DNA of 64,000 bases from Candidatus Latescibacterota bacterium (GCA_965248435.1 OZ252100.1:5344001-5408000); one strand, 5' to 3'; counted from the first letter of the stretch, positions 28,728-39,125 are shown. Numbers and translations: made by a program. Notes: generated by a model from the sequence alone, not told the origin.

Positions 28728-29988
28728 TGCTGCTGCAGAATCGGAAGTCGTTCCCGATACAGAGCAGAAGGAAGAAGCTGATGCTGACACCAGTGGGATC
28801 CAGGACCAACTCCAGCCATCCTTGAAAGATTGGAACAAGGAATTCCAGGTCCACAAATACAAAGTTCAGTTCAAGCCCGAGATTTTTTCTGCGAACGCGG
28901 GGTTCGACACATTCTACGGTGTTAGCAGTCTGGTCTCGCTCTCTTTGAGTGATGTGCTGGGCGACCACCGTTTGATCATACAGACCGGCCTGAGCTTTTC
29001 GCTCAAAGACAGCGACTTATTCGTAACGTATGCGAATCTGAAGCGGCAGACGAATTACTATGCGCAGGTCTTTCATACGAGACTCTTCTTCTTCAGCAAC
29101 AACGTCCTGAATGCGGACCGATACTATGGCCTGGTGTTGGGGATTGAAAAACCCTTTAACCGGTTTAGCCGTTTCGAGGGGGGTGCACGATTCATCACCA
29201 TCTCAAGAGAGCGGCTGGACACCTTTAACAACCAATTCGTGCGCGGTGGTTTCGTGGGCGGGACGACTCGAGGCCTTGATGGGACGCCAATCGCGACGGA
29301 GCGGGCCTTCATCTCGGAGGTGGCATTGGTGGACGACAGTACGATGTGGGGACTCTACGGTCCGGTCGACGGACGCAGGGCTCGGATCTCTTTCGAGGGG
29401 AGTGCTGCCGGGATGAAGTTCGGCACGGCTCGCATGGATGTGCGTAAATATTTCCGGGTGCTCAAGGAGTATACGTTCGCACTACGACTCGCAGGCGGGA
29501 CGAGTTTCGGACGAAACAAAGAGGTCTTCTACGTCGGAGGGGTGAACAACCCGGTCAATCCGAGGTTCTCCACCGCGAGTACTAATGTGGATCCCAACAG
29601 GGTCGGTTTCTCCAGTTTCGTTTGGCCGCTGAGGGGCGTAGAGCTGTTTGACCTGGCCGGAGATAGCTTTGTCCTGGCGAATGTCGCGTTTCGATTTCCT
29701 TTGCTCCACCAGTTGGCGATGGGATGGCCGTTGCCCTTCTTTTTCCAGAACGTCCAGGGCGAGCTCTTCCTCGACGTCGGGAGCGCCTTCAATCGGGATG
29801 GCTTTAATCCCTGGGAATATCGGGACGGAGGTTTCGAACTTCGGGACCTCAAGGCGGGCTACGGACTGGGTGCACGGGTGAATCTGGGCATTTTCCTCTT
29901 CCGATACGATCTGGCCTGGCCGACCGATTTCGCTCAGACCTTCAGTCCCTTGCAGTACTTCTCTGTCGATGTGACCGGTCTGTTTTAA
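28728..29988 (+). pseudogene. C-terminal Omp85/BamA-TamA-like beta-barrel lacking its 5' part
   Basis: SDVLGDH, GPVDGRR, FYVGG, PLRG, LFLDVGSA, AGYGLGAR, RYDLAW, terminal Phe; no signal peptide or credible start. Confidence 0.75.
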
Positions 29989-30013
29989 CGTGTAACCTCA
30001 ACACGGTGGCGGC

Positions 30014-30244
30014 GTGGTAGCAGCATCTGGTCTTCAGCCGGGACAGAAATCCAGAATTTGTTCTCATTGCGGGTGTGAGATTCCCGCAAAGGTATCAACC
30101 TGCGACTTCTGTGGTGGGAGTCTGGATCCAGTTACGTCGAAAGGTGAGGGAGTATGCTGGAGTTGTCGTATCGTGGCGGGAATCTCTGGTCTGATTCTCC
30201 TGGTCGGGCTGGCGATATTTCTGTTTCAGGCCAGCCAGCCCTGA
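30014..30244 (+). CDS. small zinc-ribbon membrane protein
   Basis: CSHC...CDFC plus C-terminal TM helix. Confidence 0.55.
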   Translation: MVAASGLQPGQKSRICSHCGCEIPAKVSTCDFCGGSLDPVTSKGEGVCWSCRIVAGISGLILLVGLAIFLFQASQP

Positions 30245-30290
30245 GGGTGAGGATGCTTGAAAGATTGGGTTGGCCTGTGGGATTCAGTAA

Positions 30291-30605
30291 ATGGGAGTAA
30301 AAGAGTTCTATATTGATGGCGTGATGTTGATCGCTGCTGGAGACTTCAACGGGGCGATCGGGTCGTTTCACAAGGCCCTTGAAGCGGATTCGCGGTTCTA
30401 CATGGCGCACCTGGGCTTGTCCCAGGCCCTGGACAAGCAGGGCAAGGTAGACGAGGCGATAACTCAAGCTAGAAGAGCGATAGAAATTGCGCCTGAAGAG
30501 CCGCTGGCCCACGCAAGTCTCTCCCGGTTACTGCAACAGAAGGGGCTGATCCCCGAGGCAGAAGAGGAGATGGCCGAATCTATGCGACTTCAGGGCGAGA
30601 TCTAA
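30291..30605 (+). CDS. tetratricopeptide repeat protein
   Basis: Three TPR-like helical repeats. Confidence 0.85.
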   Translation: MGVKEFYIDGVMLIAAGDFNGAIGSFHKALEADSRFYMAHLGLSQALDKQGKVDEAITQARRAIEIAPEEPLAHASLSRLLQQKGLIPEAEEEMAESMRLQGEI

Positions 30606-30626
30606 AAGCTAAGATCGGTTGGTTAG

Positions 30627-30660
30627 AAAAGGGGGACGTGAAAACGTCCCCCTTTTTTTG
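30627..30660 (+). terminator. rho-independent terminator
   Basis: aaaagggggacgt-gaaa-acgtcccccttttttt. Confidence 0.85.
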
Positions 30661-30695
30661 TTTTCTTGGATTTAAAAAGGGTTTAGTTTCAGAAA

Positions 30696-31637
30696 ATGGG
30701 AGAAGATATGACGGATGATTTCGAGGGCGTTTTTCCGATCCTGGCCACCCCCTTTGACGAGGGGGGAAACATCGATCTGGAATCATTGGAACGAACTGTC
30801 CGGTTCATGGTAGACATCGAAGTGGATGGACTCACGGTTCTGGGCGTGGCGGGTGAGGCCAACCGGATGGTGGATGGGGAACGGGAACGAGTCATTCGGA
30901 CGGTCATCGAGGTCGCCGCTGGGCGAATACCCATCATCGTCGGAACGAGCTACAGCGGGACCGCGCCCACGCGGGCGCTGAGCCAAATGGCGGAATCGCT
31001 GGGTGCGGATGGGGTAATGGTCGCCCCCTCGCGCGAGCCTGTACCGAACGAGGGGCGTATCTTTGAGTTCTTTCAGCAGGTCGCTGAGGGAATTTCGATC
31101 TCGATCGTGGTTCAGGACCATCCGGCTTCGACTCAGGTACATATGTCGGTCCCCCTCATGCTCAAATTGATCAAGGAGATTCCCCAGGTCGCATGCATCA
31201 AGGAAGAGGATGTTCCGACAGCGCCGAAGATTTCCGCGCTCTTGGCAGGTATGTCGGAGCGGAAGATCCCCATTTTGACCGGGTTGGGCGCGCTCTATGG
31301 GTACTTTGATCTGTCAAGGGGGTCGAAAGGATTCATGACGGGGTTTGGGTTCCCCGAGGTGATGCAGGCCATAGTCCACGCTGCACGCCAAGAACGGTTT
31401 GACAAGGTGCGGGAGGTCTATCATCGGTTCCTGCCCCTGATCGTATACGAGCAGCAGCCTGGCGTCGCGATTCGAAAGGAAGTGCTGAGGCTGCGTGGGC
31501 TGATCGCCCACAACAAGGTTCGGCACCCCGGAGCCTCGATCGATGAAGCAACGTCCCTCCAACTGAGGGGCCTGTTGGATGACGTACTTGGGGATGTCGA
31601 CATTACGAAACCTGTCGAAGTAGACGGCGAAACCTAA
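30696..31637 (+). CDS. dihydrodipicolinate synthase/class I aldolase family protein
   Basis: GVFPILATPF, LGVAGEA, GRIPIIVG, IKEE Schiff-base Lys. Confidence 0.9.
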   Translation: MGEDMTDDFEGVFPILATPFDEGGNIDLESLERTVRFMVDIEVDGLTVLGVAGEANRMVDGERERVIRTVIEVAAGRIPIIVGTSYSGTAPTRALSQMAESLGADGVMVAPSREPVPNEGRIFEFFQQVAEGISISIVVQDHPASTQVHMSVPLMLKLIKEIPQVACIKEEDVPTAPKISALLAGMSERKIPILTGLGALYGYFDLSRGSKGFMTGFGFPEVMQAIVHAARQERFDKVREVYHRFLPLIVYEQQPGVAIRKEVLRLRGLIAHNKVRHPGASIDEATSLQLRGLLDDVLGDVDITKPVEVDGET

Positions 31638-31638
31638 A

Positions 31639-33729
31639 ATGCCATGCCTCCTCGCTACAGCGCGTAGGCCCGACCTGACAAGAGGGGGTCTCGCCTTCAA
31701 GCTGGCTTTCTGGGCGGCGCTTTGCCTTCCATCCCTGGACGCATCCGGATCGGTGACGGCGGACTCCTTGTTCGTGGAGGCAACCTCTCGTTCCACACGT
31801 CGTCTGGAGGACCGAATTTCCCTCTTGAAGCGGGCGGCGAAGCTGGACAGGGGACAATCAAAGGTCTATCACGCGCTGGGTCGCCTATCCATGGAGCAGA
31901 ACACGATCTCCTCTCGGGCGGCGGCACGCAAATGGTTGAAGAAAGCGATGGTGCTGGACCCTGAAAATATTACTTATCACGAATCTTATGCCGCCCTATT
32001 ACGCCGCCAGGGATTCGGATACAATTCGATGAGACACTTCAGAAAGATTCTGGCGATGGATCCAGAGAGGCCGGAGGCGGCTTGCGAGGTGGGAGAGTAC
32101 TTTCTTCAGGATATGCTCAAGTATATCGATCACCGAAGATTCGACGGCGGTGGGAGTCTCCGCTCTTTCGGAATGGAAAGCCTGGACCAGGCTATCTCCT
32201 ACTTCAAGTATGCGCTCAGGCGGGATTCTTACTGCAGGCGCGCCTATTATCGGCTCGGGTTCCTCAACCTTGAAGCGGGACATCTTGATGGGTTGGTTGA
32301 GGTCTCGAATGAGCTGACAAAACGGTTTCCGAACGATCCGAACGGGTTCTTTTTCCTGGGTCTGGGCTACCAGGTTATGGGAGACTTGGAGCGTGCAGCC
32401 GGGTCCTACAGCAAGGCTGTGGAGCGAATGAGCCAATCGCAACGTGAAATGATCGAGTCTCCTGAGTTGATCGGATTGGTCTCCACTCGTGGAGAAACAG
32501 CCGCCCTCGCGTCTCTCAAGGGCAAGTTTGAAGAACAGGATTTGGTCCGTTTTTGGACCCGTCGAGATCCGCTCTATTTGACCCCGTATAACGAGAGGCG
32601 AATGGAGCATTTTGGCCGCGTCGCCTACGTCAATCTGAGATTCTCCAGGCCAGATAGAGGAGTGGAAGGCTGGGAGACGGATATGGGCAAGACGTTCATC
32701 CGCTTCGGCCGATACGTGACACGGGAACGCAGGATCGAACCCTTTCGAGAGACCTGGCGTTACGAGGACTTTCAGGTCTCTTTCATCTCCTACGATTCCT
32801 TCCACTGGAGGATGGAACTGCTGAGGGATGAAAACTGGAGAGTCGGGGGATATGGCCGGTCTGATTTTTATGGGCGTGGGTTTAAGCTCAACGAGCGCTA
32901 TTTAGATCCCTACCGAACTCAGAAATATCCCTTGGCGTGCCAGGTGGCAATCTTCAAAGCCCCCGAGGACCGCCTTCAGGTACGGTTGTCGTGGGCGCTT
33001 CCAAAGAATCGGCTGGAGTACTTGAAGCTTTATGATGCCTACCACGTGGACTTGCAGCAAGGCGTCTTTCTGTTCGATGATGATGGAGACCTCGCGGTCG
33101 AGGAATCACGACGCACTAGCGTGCTGACCGATTCCTGGCAGGATACACTCAGGTCGAACTATATTCTCGAGCAGGCGGAGATATTCGTGGATCCAGGATC
33201 CTACCGTCTGGTTCTCGAGTCCAGGGATAGCGGCAGTGAAACGATCGGGACGTTTAGTGATTCCGTAGATCTGAGGCCTTTCGGGTCAACGAATCTGGGA
33301 ATGAGCAGCGTTCTCCTGGCAACGGACATTGTTCGCGGAGAGAATGATTCGCTTGTCGTTACACCCAATCCGATCCTAGTTTATAAGCGATCAGAGATCA
33401 TGTATGTCTACTTCGAAGCCTACAACCTGGCGAAGGACAGTTATGGACGGACGCGGTATCAGGTCGAGTACAGAATCGGGCGCCCGGAACCGGACCGGTT
33501 GCCGATAAAGCTGGGAAAGCAGGCCCTGAAATGGCTTGGCCTGCAAGAGGAGAGTTGGAGCGTCTCGGTTGCAGCAGAGTATGCCGGAGAGAAGTCTGAC
33601 GAACCTGTCTATTTGGGTGTAGACCTGGAGGAGCTAAAACCCGGGCTTCAACTCTTGACCCTGGTGTTGAGAGATCAGGTGACGAGTCGGATGGCCTGGC
33701 GAGAAACCCTTTTCCGAATCGCGGAATGA
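31639..33729 (+). CDS. GWxTD-domain protein with TPR repeats
   Basis: FWTRRDP...NER..EH..RVAY...GWETDMGKTFIRFG; N-terminal signal-like segment and TPRs. Confidence 0.85.
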   Translation: MPCLLATARRPDLTRGGLAFKLAFWAALCLPSLDASGSVTADSLFVEATSRSTRRLEDRISLLKRAAKLDRGQSKVYHALGRLSMEQNTISSRAAARKWLKKAMVLDPENITYHESYAALLRRQGFGYNSMRHFRKILAMDPERPEAACEVGEYFLQDMLKYIDHRRFDGGGSLRSFGMESLDQAISYFKYALRRDSYCRRAYYRLGFLNLEAGHLDGLVEVSNELTKRFPNDPNGFFFLGLGYQVMGDLERAAGSYSKAVERMSQSQREMIESPELIGLVSTRGETAALASLKGKFEEQDLVRFWTRRDPLYLTPYNERRMEHFGRVAYVNLRFSRPDRGVEGWETDMGKTFIRFGRYVTRERRIEPFRETWRYEDFQVSFISYDSFHWRMELLRDENWRVGGYGRSDFYGRGFKLNERYLDPYRTQKYPLACQVAIFKAPEDRLQVRLSWALPKNRLEYLKLYDAYHVDLQQGVFLFDDDGDLAVEESRRTSVLTDSWQDTLRSNYILEQAEIFVDPGSYRLVLESRDSGSETIGTFSDSVDLRPFGSTNLGMSSVLLATDIVRGENDSLVVTPNPILVYKRSEIMYVYFEAYNLAKDSYGRTRYQVEYRIGRPEPDRLPIKLGKQALKWLGLQEESWSVSVAAEYAGEKSDEPVYLGVDLEELKPGLQLLTLVLRDQVTSRMAWRETLFRIAE

Positions 33730-33819
33730 ACCAGAACATCTCCCCGCGTACGAGGCGTCTCGATGGCGTCTTCTGGCCTCGGGGTGGGCGATCAGAACCT
33801 TAAAAAAGCCGGAAAGATG

Positions 33820-33848
33820 TTGACAATAGACGAATGAGATATTATAAT
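33820..33848 (+). promoter_or_regulatory. consensus sigma70 promoter for the cold-shock gene
   Basis: TTGACA-17 bp-TATAAT. Confidence 0.85.
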
Positions 33849-33991
33849 CGGGCGTTGTGATAGGATGTGGTTTCTGTTTCCTGTGCATACTGAAGTCTAG
33901 AGAAGACCACGGGGCAAGGATCAGAAGGTACGATCTTGCCCCTTTTCTTAACGATCGATTCAGTACTAGAGTTGAAAGGTGGTGAATACAG

Positions 33992-34204
33992 TTGGCAGCA
34001 GGCAGGATAAAGTGGTTTAATGACGCTAAAGGCTACGGCTTTATAGAGCAGGAAGGAGGCGAGGACGTGTTCGTCCACTTTTCTGTGATCCAGGGTGAAG
34101 GCTTCAAGTCGTTGGCCGAAGGCGAGGAAGTTGAGTTTGACATCACGCAAGGGCCCAAAGGGCTCCAGGCGGCCAATGTCATCAAGGTATCGGGAGGCCA
34201 ATGA
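33992..34204 (+). CDS. csp: cold-shock protein (CspA family)
   Basis: [29 protein letters not shown]; TTG start. Confidence 0.97.
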   Translation: MAAGRIKWFNDAKGYGFIEQEGGEDVFVHFSVIQGEGFKSLAEGEEVEFDITQGPKGLQAANVIKVSGGQ

Positions 34205-34232
34205 TCGAAGGTCTTCGTAAGCATTCAATTAC

Positions 34233-34266
34233 ATGCCGACCTCAAAAAGGGGTCGGCATTTTTTTT
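34233..34266 (+). terminator. rho-independent terminator
   Basis: atgccgacc...ggtcggcat followed by a T run. Confidence 0.8.
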
Positions 34267-35296
34267 ACGAGTTTGTGTCAGCTTCGGCTTCGGCGGGAGG
34301 GCGATTCGGGGCGATGAGGAGGGCCAGGAGACCCGGGCCCCCAATCAGGATGAAGGTGAAATAGGCGATTCCGTGGACGACGGTTGCAAATGCCAGTGCT
34401 TCAGGAAGTGAGACGCCGTAGAGATGGTGTAGCGTCTGGCTGCAGAAATAGTGATAGGTGCCCGCGCCGCCTGGCGTGGGGAGGATGATGCCGATCGTCG
34501 CCATAACGGTTACAACCAGAGCTGCGGAAAAGCCCAATCCGTATCTGCTGTCAAAATCGAAACTTAAGAACGGAAGATAGACAATCAGGACATAACCTGC
34601 GTATAAGATGACGGTCGTAACGGTGATTTCAACGTAACCCGTCCTGGTCTTGACGGCGCCCATCCCCCGGAAAAAGGCCCTCAAGGTCCCGACCACTCTG
34701 GTGGCCAGGGATCGGGAGATCACCCCCAACCCTCGGTCAAGTCTGGCGAGGGCGCGGTCTCCGTGGACCGACAGGACGGCAAAGATGACTAGTAGGAGCA
34801 ATGATGCAAAAAACACTAACAGACCAGCGTCCTCGATCCAGGGGAAGAGGACGGATATCTCTTCCTGAAACGCGACAAGAACTCCGGCCAGCAAGATCAT
34901 CAAGGCGAGCATGTCGACGATGCGTTCCACGACAACCGTCGCCAGCAAGGCGCTCACCGACAGGTCTTTCCCCCGCTTCAAGGCCAGAACCCGAAGGAAT
35001 TCGCCCGCCCTCGGAAGAAGATTGTTGCCCGCGTAGCCGATCATGATGGCCATCCATCCGCGCCAGATTGAGATCTCCTTTGAAACCGGTACGATAAGGA
35101 CCTGCCAGCGTCTGGCGCGGACCAGGTTGAGAAGAACGAGGATGACTGTGGAAACGATCAGCCAAAACGGCTTCACCTGCTCGACGGAGCTCTGGAGCTC
35201 GCTGAGGCTGACCTGGCGGAACGATGCCCACAGGAACACGCCGGCCAGGGCCAGGCCGATGAACAGTTTCAGAAGGATCTTCGCGTAGTGCGCCAA
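34265..35296 (-). CDS. lysylphosphatidylglycerol synthase TM / flippase-like protein (UPF0104)
   Basis: RARRW, NNLLPRAGEFLR, ERIVD, PTPGGAG. Confidence 0.88.
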   Translation of the reverse strand: MAHYAKILLKLFIGLALAGVFLWASFRQVSLSELQSSVEQVKPFWLIVSTVILVLLNLVRARRWQVLIVPVSKEISIWRGWMAIMIGYAGNNLLPRAGEFLRVLALKRGKDLSVSALLATVVVERIVDMLALMILLAGVLVAFQEEISVLFPWIEDAGLLVFFASLLLLVIFAVLSVHGDRALARLDRGLGVISRSLATRVVGTLRAFFRGMGAVKTRTGYVEITVTTVILYAGYVLIVYLPFLSFDFDSRYGLGFSAALVVTVMATIGIILPTPGGAGTYHYFCSQTLHHLYGVSLPEALAFATVVHGIAYFTFILIGGPGLLALLIAPNRPPAEAEADTNS

Positions 35297-35338
35297 TGCC
35301 GCGTTCTCAAGAGTTAGAGTGATGACAAGATGGGGTCA

Positions 35339-36250
35339 TCAGGAAAGATAGCCAAAGCCACGAAGCGCATAGTCCTTCTTTCGCCAGTTCTCGAGCACTT
35401 TGACGTGAAGATCGAGATAGACGGGACGGTTCAAAAACGCTTCAATCTTTTTCCTCGCGTTCTGGCCGATCGACTTCAGCGTCTTACCACGTGATCCGAT
35501 GACGATTCCCTTTTGCGAGGAGCGCTCTACGATGATCTCCGATTGAATGTAGACCTTTTCTCTATCTTCCTTGAACTGTTCAACCGTAACGGCAATCGCA
35601 TAGGGAACCTCCTGACGGAGCTGACAGAAAATTTCTTCCCGAACGAGCTCGGCTACGAAAAATCGCTCGGGCTGTTCTGTCATCATATCCTCAGGATAGA
35701 ACTTCGGACCCACGGGTAGATTTGCCTCGATGAGAGACCGAAGCTCCAGCAGGTTGCTTCCCAAAAGGCCCGATATTGGTAGGATTTTGTGGTCAGGGAG
35801 TTCTGCCCGGATGCCATTCAGGTGCTGTTCGACCTGATCAGCGTTTACGAGGTCGGTCTTGTTGAGGGCAACAATAGTGGGGCCCTTGGCATTCTTGAAG
35901 ACCTTCTTAACCTCATCATCAAAACTGGATTCGAACTCCTTGGCGTCCAGGATTCCAAGGAGAACATCTGCATCGTCTAAAGCCTCTTCAATATGCCTTC
36001 GCATGATCTCTTGAAGTCTATAGCGGGGGTCCAAAAGCCCTGGCGTGTCCAGAAATAACATCTGTGACTTGTCCGTGGTGACGATACCGAGGACATTCTG
36101 ACGCGTCGTTTGGGGCTTTTCCGTGACGATTGAAATTCGTTCTCCCACAAGCGCATTGAAAAGGGTGGACTTGCCAACGTTGGGTCTGCCCAGTAGGACG
36201 ATATGGCCTGACCGAAATTTCTGCGATTCTTGTGAATTCGGAGTTTGCAT
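35339..36250 (-). CDS. era: GTPase Era
   Basis: GRPNVGKST, KPQTTR, DTPG, NKTD, KH domain SQKGIVIG. Confidence 0.97.
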   Translation of the reverse strand: MQTPNSQESQKFRSGHIVLLGRPNVGKSTLFNALVGERISIVTEKPQTTRQNVLGIVTTDKSQMLFLDTPGLLDPRYRLQEIMRRHIEEALDDADVLLGILDAKEFESSFDDEVKKVFKNAKGPTIVALNKTDLVNADQVEQHLNGIRAELPDHKILPISGLLGSNLLELRSLIEANLPVGPKFYPEDMMTEQPERFFVAELVREEIFCQLRQEVPYAIAVTVEQFKEDREKVYIQSEIIVERSSQKGIVIGSRGKTLKSIGQNARKKIEAFLNRPVYLDLHVKVLENWRKKDYALRGFGYLS

Positions 36251-36257
36251 TACCACG

Positions 36258-37256
36258 CTAAAAGAAGAAAGAGGCTGAAATCTGGTAGGTGTTGTCGAGT
36301 TGGCTGTTTTCCACGAAGGCCAGGTCAAATGCGAGGCGGCCGTACAGGTAGATTCCCGTTCCCGCGGTGAAGTGATTTCCCTTTGCCCCTATTCGGAATG
36401 CAAGTCTCTCCCTGTAGAAATATTCTGCCCCCAACTGTACGCTTTCGAGGTCTTCCAGTCCGGATTCCTCCTCGAAGATGTGGACACTCCCGGCAAAGAT
36501 AAGCCGACCGCGCAAGGCCCTGGATCCCCTGGTGTAGGCTCCGCCGATGATGATGCTCGGCTGAATTCGATCCGTCGTCGCAGAATCGAATGTTATCCGT
36601 GTACGCGTGAGGTTCCTGACGCTGGCGCCCAGGGTCAAGGCCGGAACCGGAACATAGAGAACGCCGACGTCTAGTCCGTAACCGGAGCCGTTTCCAGCCG
36701 CCAGGTTGCGCCAGATCAGCTTTAGGGCGGCGCCTAGATAGAGGTTGGGCCGAGCCGCTCTTCCGTAGGCGAGGTGGAGGTTGTAGTCGGATGTTGCCAC
36801 TTCTCGAGACACGATAGGTCGGTTTTCCGGGCCCAGTGGCTGAGAAGGGTCTTCAAGGGTCGTCAACCTTACACCGTCTACTCCGAGGCGCAGAAGGCCG
36901 ATCCCAAATCCTCCAATCCTCGACGGGCGTGCGAGCGTGATGACGTCGTGGTTGACGGTTCCTCCGAACCGCTCGGCGTGCTGAACTTGCGCCTCGCTTC
37001 TGCTCAGTCCGGCAAGTCCAGCCGGGTTCCAGTATACAGCAGTCGCATCGTCACTGACTGGCACGAAGGCGTTTCCCATGCCCAGCGCACGTGCTCCAGC
37101 GCCCAACAGCAGGGGATCACCCGCAAAGCGCGGCTCCGATTGAGCGGATCCTGGTGAATGACTCAGATGCGCAAGGACGAACGGACCCACAATGACAATC
37201 AGGATCTTGAGTCTGGGTTGAGTTATTGGGAGAGATTTGAGGCGCGCGATGCTCAC
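36258..37256 (-). CDS. PorV/PorQ-like (UPF0164) outer-membrane beta-barrel
   Basis: GARALGMGNAF...DDATAVYWNPAGL; terminal FFF; GTG start overlaps upstream TGA. Confidence 0.8.
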   Translation of the reverse strand: MSIARLKSLPITQPRLKILIVIVGPFVLAHLSHSPGSAQSEPRFAGDPLLLGAGARALGMGNAFVPVSDDATAVYWNPAGLAGLSRSEAQVQHAERFGGTVNHDVITLARPSRIGGFGIGLLRLGVDGVRLTTLEDPSQPLGPENRPIVSREVATSDYNLHLAYGRAARPNLYLGAALKLIWRNLAAGNGSGYGLDVGVLYVPVPALTLGASVRNLTRTRITFDSATTDRIQPSIIIGGAYTRGSRALRGRLIFAGSVHIFEEESGLEDLESVQLGAEYFYRERLAFRIGAKGNHFTAGTGIYLYGRLAFDLAFVENSQLDNTYQISASFFF

Positions 37257-37815
37257 CGAGGGGATCCCGCGGGAGGGATGAGGATCGCCACGTCTCCTGG
37301 TCGCATCGCAGAACCCAGGGCCTTCAGGTCCCATCCTTCGAGTTCTACGATGTTGAAGTGAGAGGGCGCAGGGAGACCGTCGGGTTGGAGGAGCGTCGCA
37401 GGGGCAAAGTAGAGCATCGACATTTCTCGGGGCCCTTCGATCAGTCGTCCGACGAAGTCAAGCGGCAACGATCTACCGCGTAGCCGGAGGCCCTTATTTC
37501 CAAATTCGGGGGTAACCGGATCGATTCTGGTCCTCAGCCGGCAGAGTTGTGTCTGCAAAGAAGGCTGAACGTGGAAGTCGCGTATTTGGGAGGTTCTTAA
37601 AAGGCGCCCTCCGGATTTTAGGTGGACCACCCCTGAGGCAAGGTCGATGACCAGGTAGAAGGTGTCTGAATCTGTATCGATCTGGCGAAGTTCCAGGTCC
37701 AGAGCGGATTTCTTATGCTTGAGCTCGTGGCCCTCGAACGATTCAGCCGATCTCGCGGGCCCGTTGAGGGCCAGCAGACTCAGGATGACAAATAGCGCGG
37801 GGATCTGTTTTCCAG
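37253..37815 (-). CDS. secreted YkuD-like protein without catalytic His/Cys (start uncertain)
   Basis: Frame extends upstream of the listed ORF with signal-like LFVILSLLAL and FYLVIDLASGVVHLKSGGRLLR, paralleling the neighbouring L,D-transpeptidase. Confidence 0.5.
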
Positions 37816-38430
37816 TTAGTAGATGTATATCGGACTTCCCGTTTTCACCGTGTTAAAGGTCTTCTCAAGGTCTTCGTCGTTCAAGCGGATGCAGCCGTGT
37901 GTAATATGGCGCCCGAGCAGGTGCGGATAGAGGGTCCCGTGGATTTCATAACCATCTCCAAGCTCAAGTGCAAATTCCCCGAGCGCTACCGCATCCAACC
38001 GCTTAAAGTCCCAGGGCAATACAGGAACTGCCTGACCCCGTTCTACGAAGGCCCATTCAGGCTTTGCCCACACAGGATCTCGCACCTTTCGTAACACGCG
38101 AAACTTCCCCTTGGGGGTCGCAAAGCGCCAGTCTCCCTTCTTATGACTCAGCAGCACCTTCCCGCTTCCAGTTGCACAGATGGCTTTTCTGAGGATCCGA
38201 TTTCGCCGCCGTAATTGAAGCGAATTATGAATGGTATCGATTACGATATAAGGTTCATCGTCTGTGTGTTGGTCGAGCGCATCCTCAAGTGCGCGGATCT
38301 CTCGTTCCAATTGGGTTACGTCTGGTGTTTCGATGTGCTCAGCTTTGGAAGGGTCGCGGGCAGAGATTGTATTGGGGATGCATACAATTGCGATTGCAAA
38401 CAGGAGGGATAGGAGAAGGGATCGGGCCAT
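37816..38430 (-). CDS. L,D-transpeptidase (YkuD family)
   Basis: YIVID, TPKG, IHGT...THGCIRL; signal peptide. Confidence 0.92.
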   Translation of the reverse strand: MARSLLLSLLFAIAIVCIPNTISARDPSKAEHIETPDVTQLEREIRALEDALDQHTDDEPYIVIDTIHNSLQLRRRNRILRKAICATGSGKVLLSHKKGDWRFATPKGKFRVLRKVRDPVWAKPEWAFVERGQAVPVLPWDFKRLDAVALGEFALELGDGYEIHGTLYPHLLGRHITHGCIRLNDEDLEKTFNTVKTGSPIYIY

Positions 38431-38453
38431 CGCGAGTCTCGGCCTAAAATCGG

Positions 38454-38488
38454 AAAACCGAGAAGTTCGGCAACTTCTCGGTTTTCGG
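38454..38488. terminator. strong hairpin, probable terminator/attenuator
   Basis: gaaaaccgagaagtt-cggc-aacttctcggttttc. Confidence 0.7.
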
Positions 38489-38522
38489 AGGAATTCAGCT
38501 ATGCGTCAGGATGAGAGCCTGT

Positions 38523-39125
38523 TCAAAGCTCGTACCAGGGACGATTTTTCTCTTTCCATGTTTCGATTTTCTGCATGGCCGTCTGCATCGCGCCTTGAAC
38601 CTGACCCAACCTTGACTCGGCGTTTCGTGCCTGGTCCACAGCGTCTTTGAACCTGCCTGAATTCAGATTTCCCCTGGCATCGCTCAAGCCTGTTTCGACC
38701 TGGCCTAAATCGGAACGAAGCTGATCTATATCATCATCGGCTCCTTTTCCGCGCGGCGCACCGTTGATGGCCGTTCTGGCATCCGTTAGCCCTGTAGAAG
38801 TACGGTTAACGATCGCTTGAGCTTCGTCTCTAGACCTTTGTTTGTTCGCTTCTCCCTCGGACCTTGCTTGATCGGCGAGATCCTTTGCCCTTATGGCAGA
38901 TGCCTTTGCAGTTTCATAATCCTTCTCCCCTACCTTTGCATTGGCCTCATCCAGGGCAGTCCTTGCGGATCGGTAGGTATCGGAAGCATAGATGTCAGCT
39001 TCCGCATTCTTCGCCTCATTCAGAGACGCTTGAGCCGCGTCCAGTTCTTGCTGAGGCGGCTGCGCACAACTCATCAAAGTGATAGCCAAACTGAGAACTA
39101 GACCCACACTAAGGACAGATCTCAT
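38523..39125 (-). CDS. DUF4398-like coiled-coil lipoprotein
   Basis: Lipobox LMSC; PPQQELDAAQASLNEAKNAEADIYA. Confidence 0.75.
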   Translation of the reverse strand: MRSVLSVGLVLSLAITLMSCAQPPQQELDAAQASLNEAKNAEADIYASDTYRSARTALDEANAKVGEKDYETAKASAIRAKDLADQARSEGEANKQRSRDEAQAIVNRTSTGLTDARTAINGAPRGKGADDDIDQLRSDLGQVETGLSDARGNLNSGRFKDAVDQARNAESRLGQVQGAMQTAMQKIETWKEKNRPWYEL

